Shown: positions 31,102 through 42,240 of the stretch, one piece after another | Layout of the letters: the number at the start of each line of letters is the position of its first letter | Position numbering within the stretch: the stretch's first letter is position 1 | Source: an uncultured Acidobacteriota bacterium | GTDB taxonomy: Bacteria; Acidobacteriota; Thermoanaerobaculia; UBA5066; DATFVB01 | Direction of reading: 5' to 3' | DNA: 64,000 bases | Assembly: GCA_963813155.1 (NCBI GenBank) | Contig: CAWEYG010000004.1 | Coordinates: 72,918 to 136,917 of the forward strand | Program-made: the position numbers and the translations under genes | Notes under the pieces: model-generated | Told to the model about the DNA's origin: nothing | Databases searched by the model: none | The model's input: only the letters and a program-made list of their open reading frames with translations

Positions 31102-32231
31102 TCGTTTATGCGACCGACGACAAGGGCGTCGCTTCGCTCCAGGAGGCCGACGTTCCGCCGATCGGCCCGGGGGAGGCGCTCGTCAAGGTCGCCGCGTGCG
31201 GCGTGTGCAGCTCCGACACGCTCGAGTGGTATGTCCGCCAGAAATCTCCCGTCGTCCTCGGCCACGAGCCGGCCGGCACCGTCGTCGAAACGGGTCCGGG
31301 CGTCACGCATCTGGCCGCCGGCGACCGGGTGTTCTTTCACCACCACGCGCCGTGCCTCGGGTGCGTTTTCTGCCGCCGCGGCCGGTACGTGCACTGCGAG
31401 ACCTGGAAGAACACGCGCCTGGATCCGGGCGGCCTGGCCGAGTTCGTGCGTGTCCCCGAGACGAACCTCTCGCGCGACACCCTGAAGATTCCGGAAGGGC
31501 TTCCGATCGAAGCGGGATGCCTGGTGGAGCCGCTCGGAACCGTGATCAAGGCGTTCTCGCGGGGACGATTCCTGCCGGGAATGTCCGTCCTCGTGGTCGG
31601 GCTCGGAATCATGGGGCAGATGGCGGTCGCGATCGCGCGCCGTTTCGGAGCGTCGCGCGTGTTCGGGGCGGACAAGATTCGCGAGAGGCTGGAAGCGGCG
31701 TCGCAGTTCGGCGCCGAGGAGCAGATCGACGTCAACCGGCGGTCCATGTCGGCGATGATCACGCTCTCCACGGGCGGCCGGGGCGTCGATTTCGTCTTCG
31801 TCGGTCCGGGAACGACCCAGGCGATGGAGGAAGGAATTCTCTGCGCCGGAGCGGGCTCGACCGTCGTGTTCTTCACGATGGCGGAGCCGGGCAAGAAACT
31901 CGTCGTGGAGCCGAATGCCCTCTATTTCAAGGAAATCGACCTCGTTTCGTCCTATTCGTGCGGCCCCGAAGATACCCGCGAGGCGATGCGCCTGATCGCC
32001 GAGGGGGAGATCCCGTGGCGGCAGTTCATCACGCACCGTTTCCCGATCGCCGAGGCGCCGGCCGCGTTCCGCAAGGTCAAGGAAGCGCGGGACGCGCTGA
32101 AGGTGATCGTGGAGTTTCCCGGCTTAACGAGCCCCTACAGCCCGATTTCGTCGGCGATCGGCTTGAGCGCCTCGATCAGGAACGCGATGTGCTCCTCCAG
32201 CGGACGGCCCACCGCGTCCGCCCCGCCGTAG
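31098..32231 (+). CDS. Zn-dependent alcohol dehydrogenase (MDR family); true stop probably near 32128
   Basis: VCSSD, GHEPAG, CLGCVFC, VEPL and GLGIMG motifs. Confidence 0.9.
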   Translation: MIVYATDDKGVASLQEADVPPIGPGEALVKVAACGVCSSDTLEWYVRQKSPVVLGHEPAGTVVETGPGVTHLAAGDRVFFHHHAPCLGCVFCRRGRYVHCETWKNTRLDPGGLAEFVRVPETNLSRDTLKIPEGLPIEAGCLVEPLGTVIKAFSRGRFLPGMSVLVVGLGIMGQMAVAIARRFGASRVFGADKIRERLEAASQFGAEEQIDVNRRSMSAMITLSTGGRGVDFVFVGPGTTQAMEEGILCAGAGSTVVFFTMAEPGKKLVVEPNALYFKEIDLVSSYSCGPEDTREAMRLIAEGEIPWRQFITHRFPIAEAPAAFRKVKEARDALKVIVEFPGLTSPYSPISSAIGLSASIRNAMCSSSGRPTASAPP

Positions 32232-32707
32232 ACGTAGGAGCGGTCCACGGATCGCGCGAAAGCCTTGTCCTTGAGCTTCTTGACGACGGATTCGACCGGC
32301 AGGTCCGCGATCTTCTTCGTCGGCCGGACCTTGACGCACGCCCCGATGAAGCCGACGGCCTCGTCGCAGGCGTAGATCGACTTCTTGATCGGCGTGTCGC
32401 GCGGGATCTTCATGTAATCCGCGTGCGAGCAGATCGCTTCGACGATCTCTTCCGGGAATCCCCGCTCGCGGAGAATTCCGCCGCCGACGTGGAGATGGGT
32501 GTCTTCGGTCGGGTTCTGCTCGTAATCGAAATCGTGCAGGAGGCCGACGATTCCCCACGTTTCGATGCGCGCGGCCTCGGTCTCCCCGAACCAGCGGGCG
32601 TAAGCACGCATCGCTTCTTCCACGGCGCGTCCGTGCTTGCGCAGCGCGTCGGCCTTCGTGAATTCGAAGAGGAGGGCCTCCGCGTCGGGCCGGGCGGGAA
32701 ACGGCAT
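32135..32707 (-). CDS. HD-domain (HDIG) metal-dependent phosphohydrolase
   Basis: LRKHGRAVE, GLLHDFDYE and KKLKDKAFARSVDR motifs. Confidence 0.88.
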   Translation of the reverse strand: MPFPARPDAEALLFEFTKADALRKHGRAVEEAMRAYARWFGETEAARIETWGIVGLLHDFDYEQNPTEDTHLHVGGGILRERGFPEEIVEAICSHADYMKIPRDTPIKKSIYACDEAVGFIGACVKVRPTKKIADLPVESVVKKLKDKAFARSVDRSYVYGGADAVGRPLEEHIAFLIEALKPIADEIGL

Positions 32708-32752
32708 GCGCCCATCATAGGCCAGGTTCCGGGGGCGCGTTTTCAGCCCGAC

Positions 32753-32837
32753 TGCACTGGAATCTGTGCAATTCTGCACGATTTTGATGCCAATTGACGA
32801 ATTTGGCCGTTGACTTTTACGATAGTGGCTTTAATAT
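32753..32837 (+). promoter_or_regulatory. glnA upstream region: two TGCAC-type boxes plus a sigma70-like promoter
   Basis: TGCAC-N8-GTGCA (32753-32770); TGCACGATTTTGATGCC (32775-32791); TTGACT-16bp-TAATAT (32810-32837). Confidence 0.45.
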
Positions 32838-32868
32838 CTTGCTTTCAATGCAGAAAAAGGAGGGCAAG

Positions 32869-34251
<1,383 letters not shown>

Positions 34252-34339
34252 GTCTCACTCTTCGCCCCCTCCCGCGGTGACCAGTCTTCTGAAGGCTGCC
34301 ACTCCGGAGAGGGGGCGGCCGGAGGCCCGGGGGTGAGGT

Positions 34340-35776
34340 CTACGATTTTCCGGTGAGGTGAGGGGGGCGGGTCTCCGCCTCGCGTTCGAGCGCCTGGATC
34401 CGTTTCTGGCGCTCGCGTTCCTTTGAGTCGTCCACGGATTTCTGCTTCTCCTTCACTCCGGAAAACATCGACGAGATCGTGAAGAGCAGGCTCACGTTTC
34501 CGGGGAGCTTGGCTTTCTTCGCCGACGCGCCCCAGATCTTCGCTTTCTTGAACTTCGCCTCCGAGAGGTCGGCCTTCCCGAAGTCCGCCCCTCGGAGGCT
34601 CGCTTCCGAGAAGTCGGCGCCGATCGCCCGCGCAAACCGAAAGTCCGACTCGGCCAGGTTTGCGCCGCGGAACGAGGCGGAAATGAGCAACGCCCCGGAA
34701 AAATTCGCGTCTCCCGCGGTGGAATTCGAAAAGTCCGCCCGCTTGAGGTTCGCCTGCCGGAAACTCGCCTTCGAGAAGGTCGCCCGGGAGAAGTTCACTT
34801 CGTCTGCGACGCACTCGGCGGCATCCGTGTCGATGAACTTCGCGGCCGCAAAGGAATGGCCTTTCAGGTTCGCGCGGCGCAGGATCGCGCGGGAAAAATC
34901 GGCTCCCGCGAAATTGCATCGGGACAGTTTGTGCGTGCGGAAATCGACTTCCTGCAGCTTCGCTTCGCCGAAGCTCGCCGCTTCGCCCGTGGCGTCGAGG
35001 AGTCCCACGCGGCGCAGGTCGGCCTTCGTCCAGCGCGAGCCGCCCAGCTTCGCGCGCGTGAAATTCGCGGACGCGGCGACGCACTGGTCGGCGTCGACGC
35101 CCTCGAGGTTCGCGCCTTCGAAGTCGGCCCCGGCGATCGTGGCCTGTCGGAGCATCGCGCCGGTCAGCTTCGCGCCGCGAAAATCGGATTCCGAGAGGTC
35201 GGAGAGGCGCAGGTTGCATTTTTCGAGATTCGCGCCGGCAAAAGAGCCGCGCTGGCACTTGACCGTCTCCAGCGACGCCTCGGAGAGATTCGCTTCCTCG
35301 AAAATCGTGCCGACGACTTTTGCGCCTCGCAGGTTGGCGCCCACGAGCCTGGCCTTTCGAAAGACCGCCCCGGAGATGTCGCTTCCTTCGATCCGCCAGC
35401 CGTCGAGCTCCGCGCCGGTGAAATCGCTGCCCGCAAAAGAGGTGTTGCGGGCGCTGACGTTCGTGAAGCGGGCGCCGGGAAAACTGCAGTTCGAAAGGTC
35501 CAGGTAGTCGAGCGTCACGTGGTCGAAAATCGCGCCGCCCGCCTGAACCCGCTGCATGACGGTGTCCTTGCAGGTCGCCCGGGTGAAGTTCGTGCGCTCG
35601 ATCTTCGTCCCCTCGAACCGCGCGCGCGTGAGGTCCGTCCGGGAAAGGTCTTTTCCGGAAAGGTCCTGGGCCGAAAAGTCGGCGCCGGTGAAATCCGGAG
35701 TCACGGAAGCGTTCGTCCTGCGCCAGGCGTCCCAGTCGGGCGACATCAGCGCTTTCAGGTGTTCCGCGTTCGCCAT
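34340..35776 (-). CDS. Long pentapeptide-repeat protein
   Basis: About 400 aa of A(D/N)(F/L)xx repeats (ADFSA, ANLRG, ADFEG, ANFSG...). Confidence 0.92.
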   Translation of the reverse strand: MANAEHLKALMSPDWDAWRRTNASVTPDFTGADFSAQDLSGKDLSRTDLTRARFEGTKIERTNFTRATCKDTVMQRVQAGGAIFDHVTLDYLDLSNCSFPGARFTNVSARNTSFAGSDFTGAELDGWRIEGSDISGAVFRKARLVGANLRGAKVVGTIFEEANLSEASLETVKCQRGSFAGANLEKCNLRLSDLSESDFRGAKLTGAMLRQATIAGADFEGANLEGVDADQCVAASANFTRAKLGGSRWTKADLRRVGLLDATGEAASFGEAKLQEVDFRTHKLSRCNFAGADFSRAILRRANLKGHSFAAAKFIDTDAAECVADEVNFSRATFSKASFRQANLKRADFSNSTAGDANFSGALLISASFRGANLAESDFRFARAIGADFSEASLRGADFGKADLSEAKFKKAKIWGASAKKAKLPGNVSLLFTISSMFSGVKEKQKSVDDSKERERQKRIQALEREAETRPPHLTGKS

Positions 35777-35847
35777 TGCGGGGATTCTATCCCGGGCGCG
35801 CGCGCTCCTCCGCTCCCCGAGGGAAGTGCGATTAGAATGAGGCTCGA

Positions 35848-37317
35848 ATGAAGGGCATCGAGAAGATTCGGCGGGCGCTCGTCGGCGGCCATCCCGTCCT
35901 CTACATTCAGACCTGGGAAGAGGGCCGCGTGGAAAGGCTCGTCGCGCACCTCGCGAAGACGTTCTACAAGCAACCCTCCTCTTACGGAGTCTGGACGATC
36001 GTGGACGGCCTGCAGGAAGACGGCCGCCCGGTGCCCGAGACGCGGGACCCCCTTCAGGCGCTCTCGGCGATCATGGCCGGGAAAGGGCCCGGCTTCTATC
36101 TCCTGAAGGACTTTCCGGCGTCGATGGACGGGCGTCCGGAGCTCACGCGCCGCCTGCGCGACACCTATCGGGCGCTCAAGGACAAGGGGCGGTTCGTCTT
36201 CCTCGTGTCGCCGAGGATCGTGATCCCGGAGGACGCGAAGAAGGAAATTTTCTACATCGACTACGAGCTTCCGGACGAAGCCGAAATCGGCAAGATCCTC
36301 GAAGCGACCTTCAAGGCGCGTCCGGCGAACAGCCCCATGTCGGACGCGGACACGAAGAAGCTATCGCTCGCTCTCAAGGGCCTCACCGCGGACGAGATCG
36401 GCCACCTCCTGCAGAAGGTCTTCGCGGCGCGCACCGCGTTCGACGACGCCGCGCTGAACGAGGTTCTGGCCGAGAAGGAGCAGATGTCGAAGAAGGACGG
36501 CATCCTCGAATTCGTCCCGCCCCGGTTCACGATCGACGACCTCGGCGGCTATCAGAACCTGAAGGAATGGCTGATCCGGCGCAAATCACTGTTCAGCCGG
36601 GAAGCGCTGGAGGCGGGAATCCCGATCCCGAAGGGAATCCTTCTCATGGGGATGTCCGGCTGCGGAAAGAGCCTCGGCATCAAGGTGATCTCGACCCTGT
36701 GGAACCTGCCGCTCTTCCGGCTCGACATGAACACCGTCTTCTCCGGCCAGGCCGGCAACGCGGAAATGACGTTCCTGAAAGCCCTGAAAACCGTCGAAGC
36801 CGCTTCGCCCGCCGTGCTCTGGATCGACGAAATCGAGATGGGGGTCGGGTCGACGGGAACGGGAGACTCCTCGATGTCGCGAATCTTCGCCGGGTTCCTC
36901 ACCTGGATGCAGGAGAAGGACCCGTTCGTGTTCGTCGCCGCGACGGCGAACAGGATCCAGCTCCTTCCGGCCGAGATCATCCGGAAGGGCCGGTTCGACC
37001 AGGTGTTCTTCGTGGATCTCCCCAACGAGGAAGAGAGAAAGCAGATTTTCGGGATTCACCTCGCCCGCAACCGGCAGGACCCGTCGAAATTCGACCTCGT
37101 CTTCCTGGCGAAGGCGACGAAGGGATGGAACGGCGCCGAGATCGAGCAGTCGGTCGTGTCGGCGGTCGTCGACGCCTATGCCGACAAGCGCTCGATCACC
37201 GAGCAGGACCTGTATCGGATGATCTCGGCGACGGTGCCGCTGTCCGTCACGATGGAAGACCAGATCAAGGCGATCAAGTCGTGGGCGCACGACCGCGCCA
37301 TTTCCGCCAGCAAGTAG
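35848..37317 (+). CDS. AAA+ ATPase (Ycf46-like)
   Basis: LLKDF, Walker A GMSGCGKS, Walker B LWIDEIE, ATAN, RKGRFD, IKSWA. Confidence 0.9.
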   Translation: MKGIEKIRRALVGGHPVLYIQTWEEGRVERLVAHLAKTFYKQPSSYGVWTIVDGLQEDGRPVPETRDPLQALSAIMAGKGPGFYLLKDFPASMDGRPELTRRLRDTYRALKDKGRFVFLVSPRIVIPEDAKKEIFYIDYELPDEAEIGKILEATFKARPANSPMSDADTKKLSLALKGLTADEIGHLLQKVFAARTAFDDAALNEVLAEKEQMSKKDGILEFVPPRFTIDDLGGYQNLKEWLIRRKSLFSREALEAGIPIPKGILLMGMSGCGKSLGIKVISTLWNLPLFRLDMNTVFSGQAGNAEMTFLKALKTVEAASPAVLWIDEIEMGVGSTGTGDSSMSRIFAGFLTWMQEKDPFVFVAATANRIQLLPAEIIRKGRFDQVFFVDLPNEEERKQIFGIHLARNRQDPSKFDLVFLAKATKGWNGAEIEQSVVSAVVDAYADKRSITEQDLYRMISATVPLSVTMEDQIKAIKSWAHDRAISASK

Positions 37318-37320
37318 AAG

Positions 37321-37455
37321 GCTCGGCCCACTCGGGTCAAGCCCCAGCGCCGGTCTCGGCAAGTCTCTTCGACCCTCGGCCGCAGTTCGCTTTCCCTCGG
37401 GATCTCAGAGACCAGCCTGCGCCGGCGCGTTGGCCCCGACCCTCGCGGGCCGAGC
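37321..37455. repeat. Long imperfect inverted repeat between convergent genes
   Basis: Nested arms GCTCGGCCC/GGGCCGAGC, GGGTC/GACCC, GCGCCGG/CCGGCGC, GTCTCT/AGAGAC; TTCG near the apex. Confidence 0.55.
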
Positions 37456-37459
37456 GAGC

Positions 37460-38017
37460 CTAGCCGACGGTGAGCAGGTTGTGCACGCGCGCGACGCCTC
37501 CCGTCTTCCGCGCGGTGTCGACGGCCGTCTTGCGGATCTCCGCGCTCGGCACGGCGCCTTTCAGGCTGACGACGCTGCCGGAAGCCTCCACCTCGATCTT
37601 CATCGCGTTGCCCCCGACCTGATCGAACAGGCGCGCCTTGACCTTCGCTTCCAGGAGCGCGTTCTTGAATTTCGTCTTCGTGCGGTCGGCGGACGTCTTC
37701 GCCTTCGTGGCCGGGCCGCTCCCGACCTCGATACGGTTTTCCACCTTCTCGACGCCCTTCACGGAGCTCGCGGCCTGCGGGGCGAGCTCCTGCGTATTGG
37801 CCTTTTCGACCGAGCCGGAGAGCACGATGTTGCCGCCGTTGACCTGGATTGCGACGCCGAGAGCGTCGGTGCCGAAGTGCTCCAGCAGGACGGCTCGGAC
37901 TTTGACGTGGGTCGCGGCTTCGTCGAGGCTCTCGGCCGCGAGCGGCCTCGAAATTGCGATCGCCGCCGCCACGAGGGTCAGTATCCCGAGGGTGAGGCCC
38001 CATTTCGCTTTTTTCAT
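37460..38017 (-). CDS. Dual BON-domain (OsmY-like) protein
   Basis: Signal peptide; two BON repeats (VKGVEKVENRIEV; GVARVHNLLTV). Confidence 0.88.
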   Translation of the reverse strand: MKKAKWGLTLGILTLVAAAIAISRPLAAESLDEAATHVKVRAVLLEHFGTDALGVAIQVNGGNIVLSGSVEKANTQELAPQAASSVKGVEKVENRIEVGSGPATKAKTSADRTKTKFKNALLEAKVKARLFDQVGGNAMKIEVEASGSVVSLKGAVPSAEIRKTAVDTARKTGGVARVHNLLTVG

Positions 38018-38041
38018 CTTTCGCTCCTCTGGCGAGGGGAG

Positions 38042-38057
38042 AGCGAACCGCATGCCA
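38042..38057 (-). promoter_or_regulatory. Sigma-54 -24/-12 promoter
   Basis: TGGCATGCGGTTCGCT (GG-N10-GC) about 25 nt upstream of the BON gene. Confidence 0.55.
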
Positions 38058-38060
38058 AGG

Positions 38061-38702
38061 CTAATTCGACAGGGGATCGACCGATTCGGCGCGATAAGGC
38101 TTCAGGAAATCCGACATTTCCTTCCATTCCGCGAGCCGCGCCGAAATCGCGCCGAACCGTTCCGGAAGCGATCCCGCCTCGAGGATCTTCTGAAGGGTCT
38201 CGGGGGGCCACCTCAAGCGGAGCGCCAGCTCGCCCGACAGCCTCTCCGGGGAGAGGGACTCCGACGGGAGGGGGGGCAGATCGAGCTGCGGCTGAAGGCC
38301 GGTGAAGAGCTCGCGGACTCCGGTTACGGTCGCCTGTTCTTCGACGTCCGAGCGAAACGGCTCGGTCGGAGCCTCTTCGACCGTCGCCGTCCGGTAGGGG
38401 CGCGTCGGTTCCTCGTGGACGATCCGGAACCGGAAGGTTCCTTCGAGGATGATGTTGTACCGGCCGTCCTCCAGGATCTCGTGCTCGACGATCCGGCCCG
38501 CTCCTCCGAAGTCGTGGATGGCGGGAAGGCCGGGGACGAGCTCCGGTTCGGAGGTGGAAATCATGGCCATCCCGATGACCCGGTCCGATTCCAGGGCATG
38601 CGCGACCAGGGCGCGATACCTCGGCTCGAAGACGTGGAGCGGCAGGAGGGTTCCCGGGAAGAGAACGACTCCCGGCAGCGGAAAGAGCGGGATCGTTCTC
38701 AC
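38061..38702 (-). CDS. LON peptidase substrate-binding domain protein
   Basis: IPLFPLPGVVLFPGTLLPLHVFEPRYRALV...DGRYNIILEG. Confidence 0.9.
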   Translation of the reverse strand: MRTIPLFPLPGVVLFPGTLLPLHVFEPRYRALVAHALESDRVIGMAMISTSEPELVPGLPAIHDFGGAGRIVEHEILEDGRYNIILEGTFRFRIVHEEPTRPYRTATVEEAPTEPFRSDVEEQATVTGVRELFTGLQPQLDLPPLPSESLSPERLSGELALRLRWPPETLQKILEAGSLPERFGAISARLAEWKEMSDFLKPYRAESVDPLSN

Positions 38703-38929
38703 CCGTCGTTGCCGATCGCTTCCACCGGGCACGAGTCCATAGCCTCCTGGCAGGCCGCCTCTTCCTCGGCGTTCTCCGCCTGCTTGAACACGTACGAATA
38801 TCCCTTGTCTTCCTCGCGGCGGAAGTTCGCCGGGGCCGTGACTCGGCACACGTCGCAGTCGATGCACTGCGTGTCCACGTAGTGCTTTCCGGGCGCGTTC
38901 TCCGCGAGCTTGTCGTTCTTTTCGGCCAT
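38699..38929 (-). CDS. Ferredoxin (monocluster)
   Basis: YVDTQCIDCDVCR...AMDSCPVEAIG. Confidence 0.93.
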   Translation of the reverse strand: MAEKNDKLAENAPGKHYVDTQCIDCDVCRVTAPANFRREEDKGYSYVFKQAENAEEEAACQEAMDSCPVEAIGNDG

Positions 38930-39010
38930 CCGGAAACCACACGATACAACGCCCGCGACGGTTCGCTGACAAAGCTCGCTCGCGGCCGCCGCTGAAGCTA
39001 AAATCGCCTC

Positions 39011-41005
39011 GTGCTCTATCGTTTCGAGAACGCCGTCAAGAGCTATGGGCCCAAGAGCGTCCTGCAGGGGGCTTCGTGGCAGCACAACCCCGGCGAGAAG
39101 GTCGGTTTGATCGGGCGCAACGGCGCCGGCAAGACGACTCTCCTGAGGCTGGTGCTGGGAAGCGAGGAAACCGACGCGGGCCGCGTCGTCCGCGCGACGA
39201 ATATCCGGATCGGATCCGTGGATCAGACGCTCGCTTCCGATCCGGGCGAGCCCCTCGAGGAGTTTGCCGCGGGCGCGTTCGGGCACCTGCAGCAGGTCGA
39301 GGCCGAGATGCGGCGGCTCGAGCACGAGCTCGCCGAGGGGGGCGCCGACCACGATTCGCCCGCGTATCACGCGATCGCGGACCGTTACGACAAGCTCCAG
39401 CACCGGTTCGAGACCGAGGGCGGGTACGCGATGCAGGCGGACGTGGAGCGGATCCTGTCGGGGCTGGGCTTCTCGCGGGCCGACCTTCGCCGGCCGATGG
39501 CGGAGCTGTCCGGCGGCCAGAAGAACCGGGCGATGCTGGCCCGGGCCCTGCTCGGCCAGCCGGATGTCCTGCTGCTCGACGAGCCCACGAATCACCTCGA
39601 TTTCGCCGGGATGGAATTCCTCGAGGAGAATCTGCAGCAGAGCAAGAAAGCCTTCCTGGCGGTGTCGCACGACCGCCGGTTCCTGAACCGGGTCTGCACG
39701 AAAATTCTGGAGCTCGAATTCGGCCGTCTGACGGAGTATCCCGGAAACTACGAGGCCTACCGGAGCCAGAAGGCCGGGCGCCTCCTGACGGCCGTGCGCG
39801 CGTACGAAAAGCAGCGGGATCACATCGAGAAAACGGAAGACTTCATCCGCCGCAACATCGCGGGGCAGAAGACGAAGCAGGCGAGGGGACGCAGAACGCA
39901 TCTCGCGAAGATGGACCGCCTCGAGAATCCCGTCGAAGACGCCACCGAGGTGCTCTTTCGCTTCGAGCCGGACAAGAAGGGGGGCCGGAGCTTCGTTCGC
40001 GCGCGGGATCTCGACGTGGGCTACGAGCCCGGGAAACCGGTCGTCCGGAGGGTCTCGTTCGAGCTTCTCCGCGGAGAGCGCATGGCGATCCTGGGGGAGA
40101 ACGGCAGCGGCAAGTCGACGCTCCTGAAGACGCTCTCCGGAAGGCTCGAGCCCCTCTCCGGAGGCGCCGATCTGGGTTACGAGGTCTCGATCGGCTACTA
40201 CGATCAGGAGCTTCGCGACCTCGATCCGAAGAAGCGCGTCATCGACGCCGTCTGGGACCTCCACCGCACGGAGACGGAGCTCGAAGTGCGCTCGTACCTC
40301 GCCCTGTTCGATTTTCGCGAGGACGAGGTGTTTGCGCCGATTTCCGGCCTCTCCGGCGGCGAAAAGGGACGGCTCACGCTCGCGGTCGTCATGAAGCAGA
40401 ACCACAACCTGCTGCTGCTCGACGAGCCCACGAATCATCTCGACCTCGATTCCCGCGAGGCGCTGGAGCAGGCGCTGCAGCAGTTCCCCGGGTCGATTCT
40501 CTTCGTCTCGCACGACCGGACGTTCGTCGACCGGCTCGCGACCGAGGTCCTCGACATCGACCGCGGGTTCGCGCGGAAAATGCCGGGAAATTATTCCGAG
40601 ACGGCGGCCGAGCGGCGCGAGCGCCGGGAAAGGCCGGTCCCCGCGCTCCCCGCCGAGCCGCGAAAGCTCCCCGATCCGGGAACGCGGGCGCAGGAATCGG
40701 CGGAGGAAGCTCGGCGCGCCGAACCGGCGCCGAAGAGCGCTCGGCGGGAACGCGCGGCCGAAAGGGCGGAGGACCCGGCGCGCTCGGCGCGAAAGCAGGA
40801 GCAGAAGATTCAGCGGCTCGAGAAGCGCATTGCCGAGCTCGAGGCCGAGGTCGCTTCACGGGAGACGCTCCTGTACGACGAAGGCGACCGGCTCGACGCG
40901 CTTTCGGCGGCGAGGATCTGGAAAGAGAAGGAAGAGGCCAAACGAAAGCTGGAGGACCTCTTCGAGGAATGGAGCGAGCTTTCCGCGGCCGCGGGAGCTC
41001 CGTGA
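39011..41005 (+). CDS. ABC-F family ATPase
   Basis: Two NBDs (GRNGAGKT, GENGSGKST; LSGG; LLLDEPTNHLD twice); no TM segments. Confidence 0.95.
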   Translation: MLYRFENAVKSYGPKSVLQGASWQHNPGEKVGLIGRNGAGKTTLLRLVLGSEETDAGRVVRATNIRIGSVDQTLASDPGEPLEEFAAGAFGHLQQVEAEMRRLEHELAEGGADHDSPAYHAIADRYDKLQHRFETEGGYAMQADVERILSGLGFSRADLRRPMAELSGGQKNRAMLARALLGQPDVLLLDEPTNHLDFAGMEFLEENLQQSKKAFLAVSHDRRFLNRVCTKILELEFGRLTEYPGNYEAYRSQKAGRLLTAVRAYEKQRDHIEKTEDFIRRNIAGQKTKQARGRRTHLAKMDRLENPVEDATEVLFRFEPDKKGGRSFVRARDLDVGYEPGKPVVRRVSFELLRGERMAILGENGSGKSTLLKTLSGRLEPLSGGADLGYEVSIGYYDQELRDLDPKKRVIDAVWDLHRTETELEVRSYLALFDFREDEVFAPISGLSGGEKGRLTLAVVMKQNHNLLLLDEPTNHLDLDSREALEQALQQFPGSILFVSHDRTFVDRLATEVLDIDRGFARKMPGNYSETAAERRERRERPVPALPAEPRKLPDPGTRAQESAEEARRAEPAPKSARRERAAERAEDPARSARKQEQKIQRLEKRIAELEAEVASRETLLYDEGDRLDALSAARIWKEKEEAKRKLEDLFEEWSELSAAAGAP

Positions 41006-42240
41006 AGGCCGCGATCATCGCCGTCGGAAGCGAGCTTCTCGGGACCACGCGGCTCGACACGAATTCGCTCTGGCTCACGGAAAGGCTCGAATCGATCGGG
41101 ATTCCGGTCGTTCGGAAGGCGAGCGTCATCGACGACGCCGGAGAGATCCATGCAGAGCTCGCGACCGCGCTCTCTCGCGCGGGAATCGTCGTCGCGACGG
41201 GCGGCCTCGGCCCGACGGCGGACGACCTGACGAAAGAGGCCGTGGCCGAATACTTCGGCCGGCCTCTCCGACTCGACCCGGAGCAGCTCGAGACGCTTCG
41301 CGCGCGCTTTGCGCTTCGAGGGATCGAGATGCCGGCGATCAACGAGAAGCAGGCGTACGCGGTGGAAGGGGCTCGCGTTCTCAAGAATCCCCGGGGATCC
41401 GCGCCGGGCGTCTGGCTCGAGGAAGGCGACTCGGTGGTCGTGCTTCTTCCCGGCGTTCCCAAAGAGATGCGCGGAATGTTCGAAGAGGAGGTTCTTCCGG
41501 ACCTCTCGCGGCGGTTCGGCGCCGGCCCCCGCCATCGGCGCGTCCTGAAAATCGCCGCGATGGGCGAATCGGCGATCGAGGACCGCGTGAAGCCGGTCTA
41601 CGACAAGTGGCCGGATCACGCGTTCACGATTCTCGGATCGCCGGGGGAGGTGCAGCTGCACCTTTCGGCGGCGGGAGCGGAACCGGAAGCCCGTCGCGTT
41701 CTCGACGCGCAGAGCCTCGACTTCGAAGGCGCGCTCCCGGGCAGGATCTACGGCCGGGACGGAGAAACCCTCGAGCAGGTGGTGGGCGAGCGCCTTCGGC
41801 GGGCGGGGAAGACGCTTTCCCTGGCCGAATCCTGCACGGGCGGCCTCGTCGCGGAACGACTGACGGAGGTTCCGGGGTCGAGCGACTATTTTCTCGGCGG
41901 GGTCGTTTCCTACTCGGACGGAGCAAAAGTCGATCTGCTCGGGGTTTCCCCCTCGACGATCGAGAGCCACGGCGCCGTTTCCGAAGAGACCGCCCGCGAA
42001 ATGGCACAGGGAGCGAGACGGCGGTTCGGGAGCGACTGCGCCCTCGCGATCACGGGGATCGCCGGCCCGGCGGGAGGGACTCCGGAGAAACCGGTGGGAA
42101 CGGTGTGGCTCGCGCTCGCCGGGATCGACGCCGGGGTGGAGACGAAACGGCTTCGCGTCCCGGGCGACCGGCAGACGATCCGCGCCTGGACGTGCGCGGC
42201 GGCGCTCGAGATGCTGCGAAGCCGGCTCGGCGGATCGTGA
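41002..42240 (+). CDS. cinA: Competence/damage-inducible protein A (with PncC domain)
   Basis: AVGSELL, DTNS, TGGLGPTADD, AESCTGG, GAVSEETA and TGIAGP motifs. Confidence 0.95.
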   Translation: MKAAIIAVGSELLGTTRLDTNSLWLTERLESIGIPVVRKASVIDDAGEIHAELATALSRAGIVVATGGLGPTADDLTKEAVAEYFGRPLRLDPEQLETLRARFALRGIEMPAINEKQAYAVEGARVLKNPRGSAPGVWLEEGDSVVVLLPGVPKEMRGMFEEEVLPDLSRRFGAGPRHRRVLKIAAMGESAIEDRVKPVYDKWPDHAFTILGSPGEVQLHLSAAGAEPEARRVLDAQSLDFEGALPGRIYGRDGETLEQVVGERLRRAGKTLSLAESCTGGLVAERLTEVPGSSDYFLGGVVSYSDGAKVDLLGVSPSTIESHGAVSEETAREMAQGARRRFGSDCALAITGIAGPAGGTPEKPVGTVWLALAGIDAGVETKRLRVPGDRQTIRAWTCAAALEMLRSRLGGS

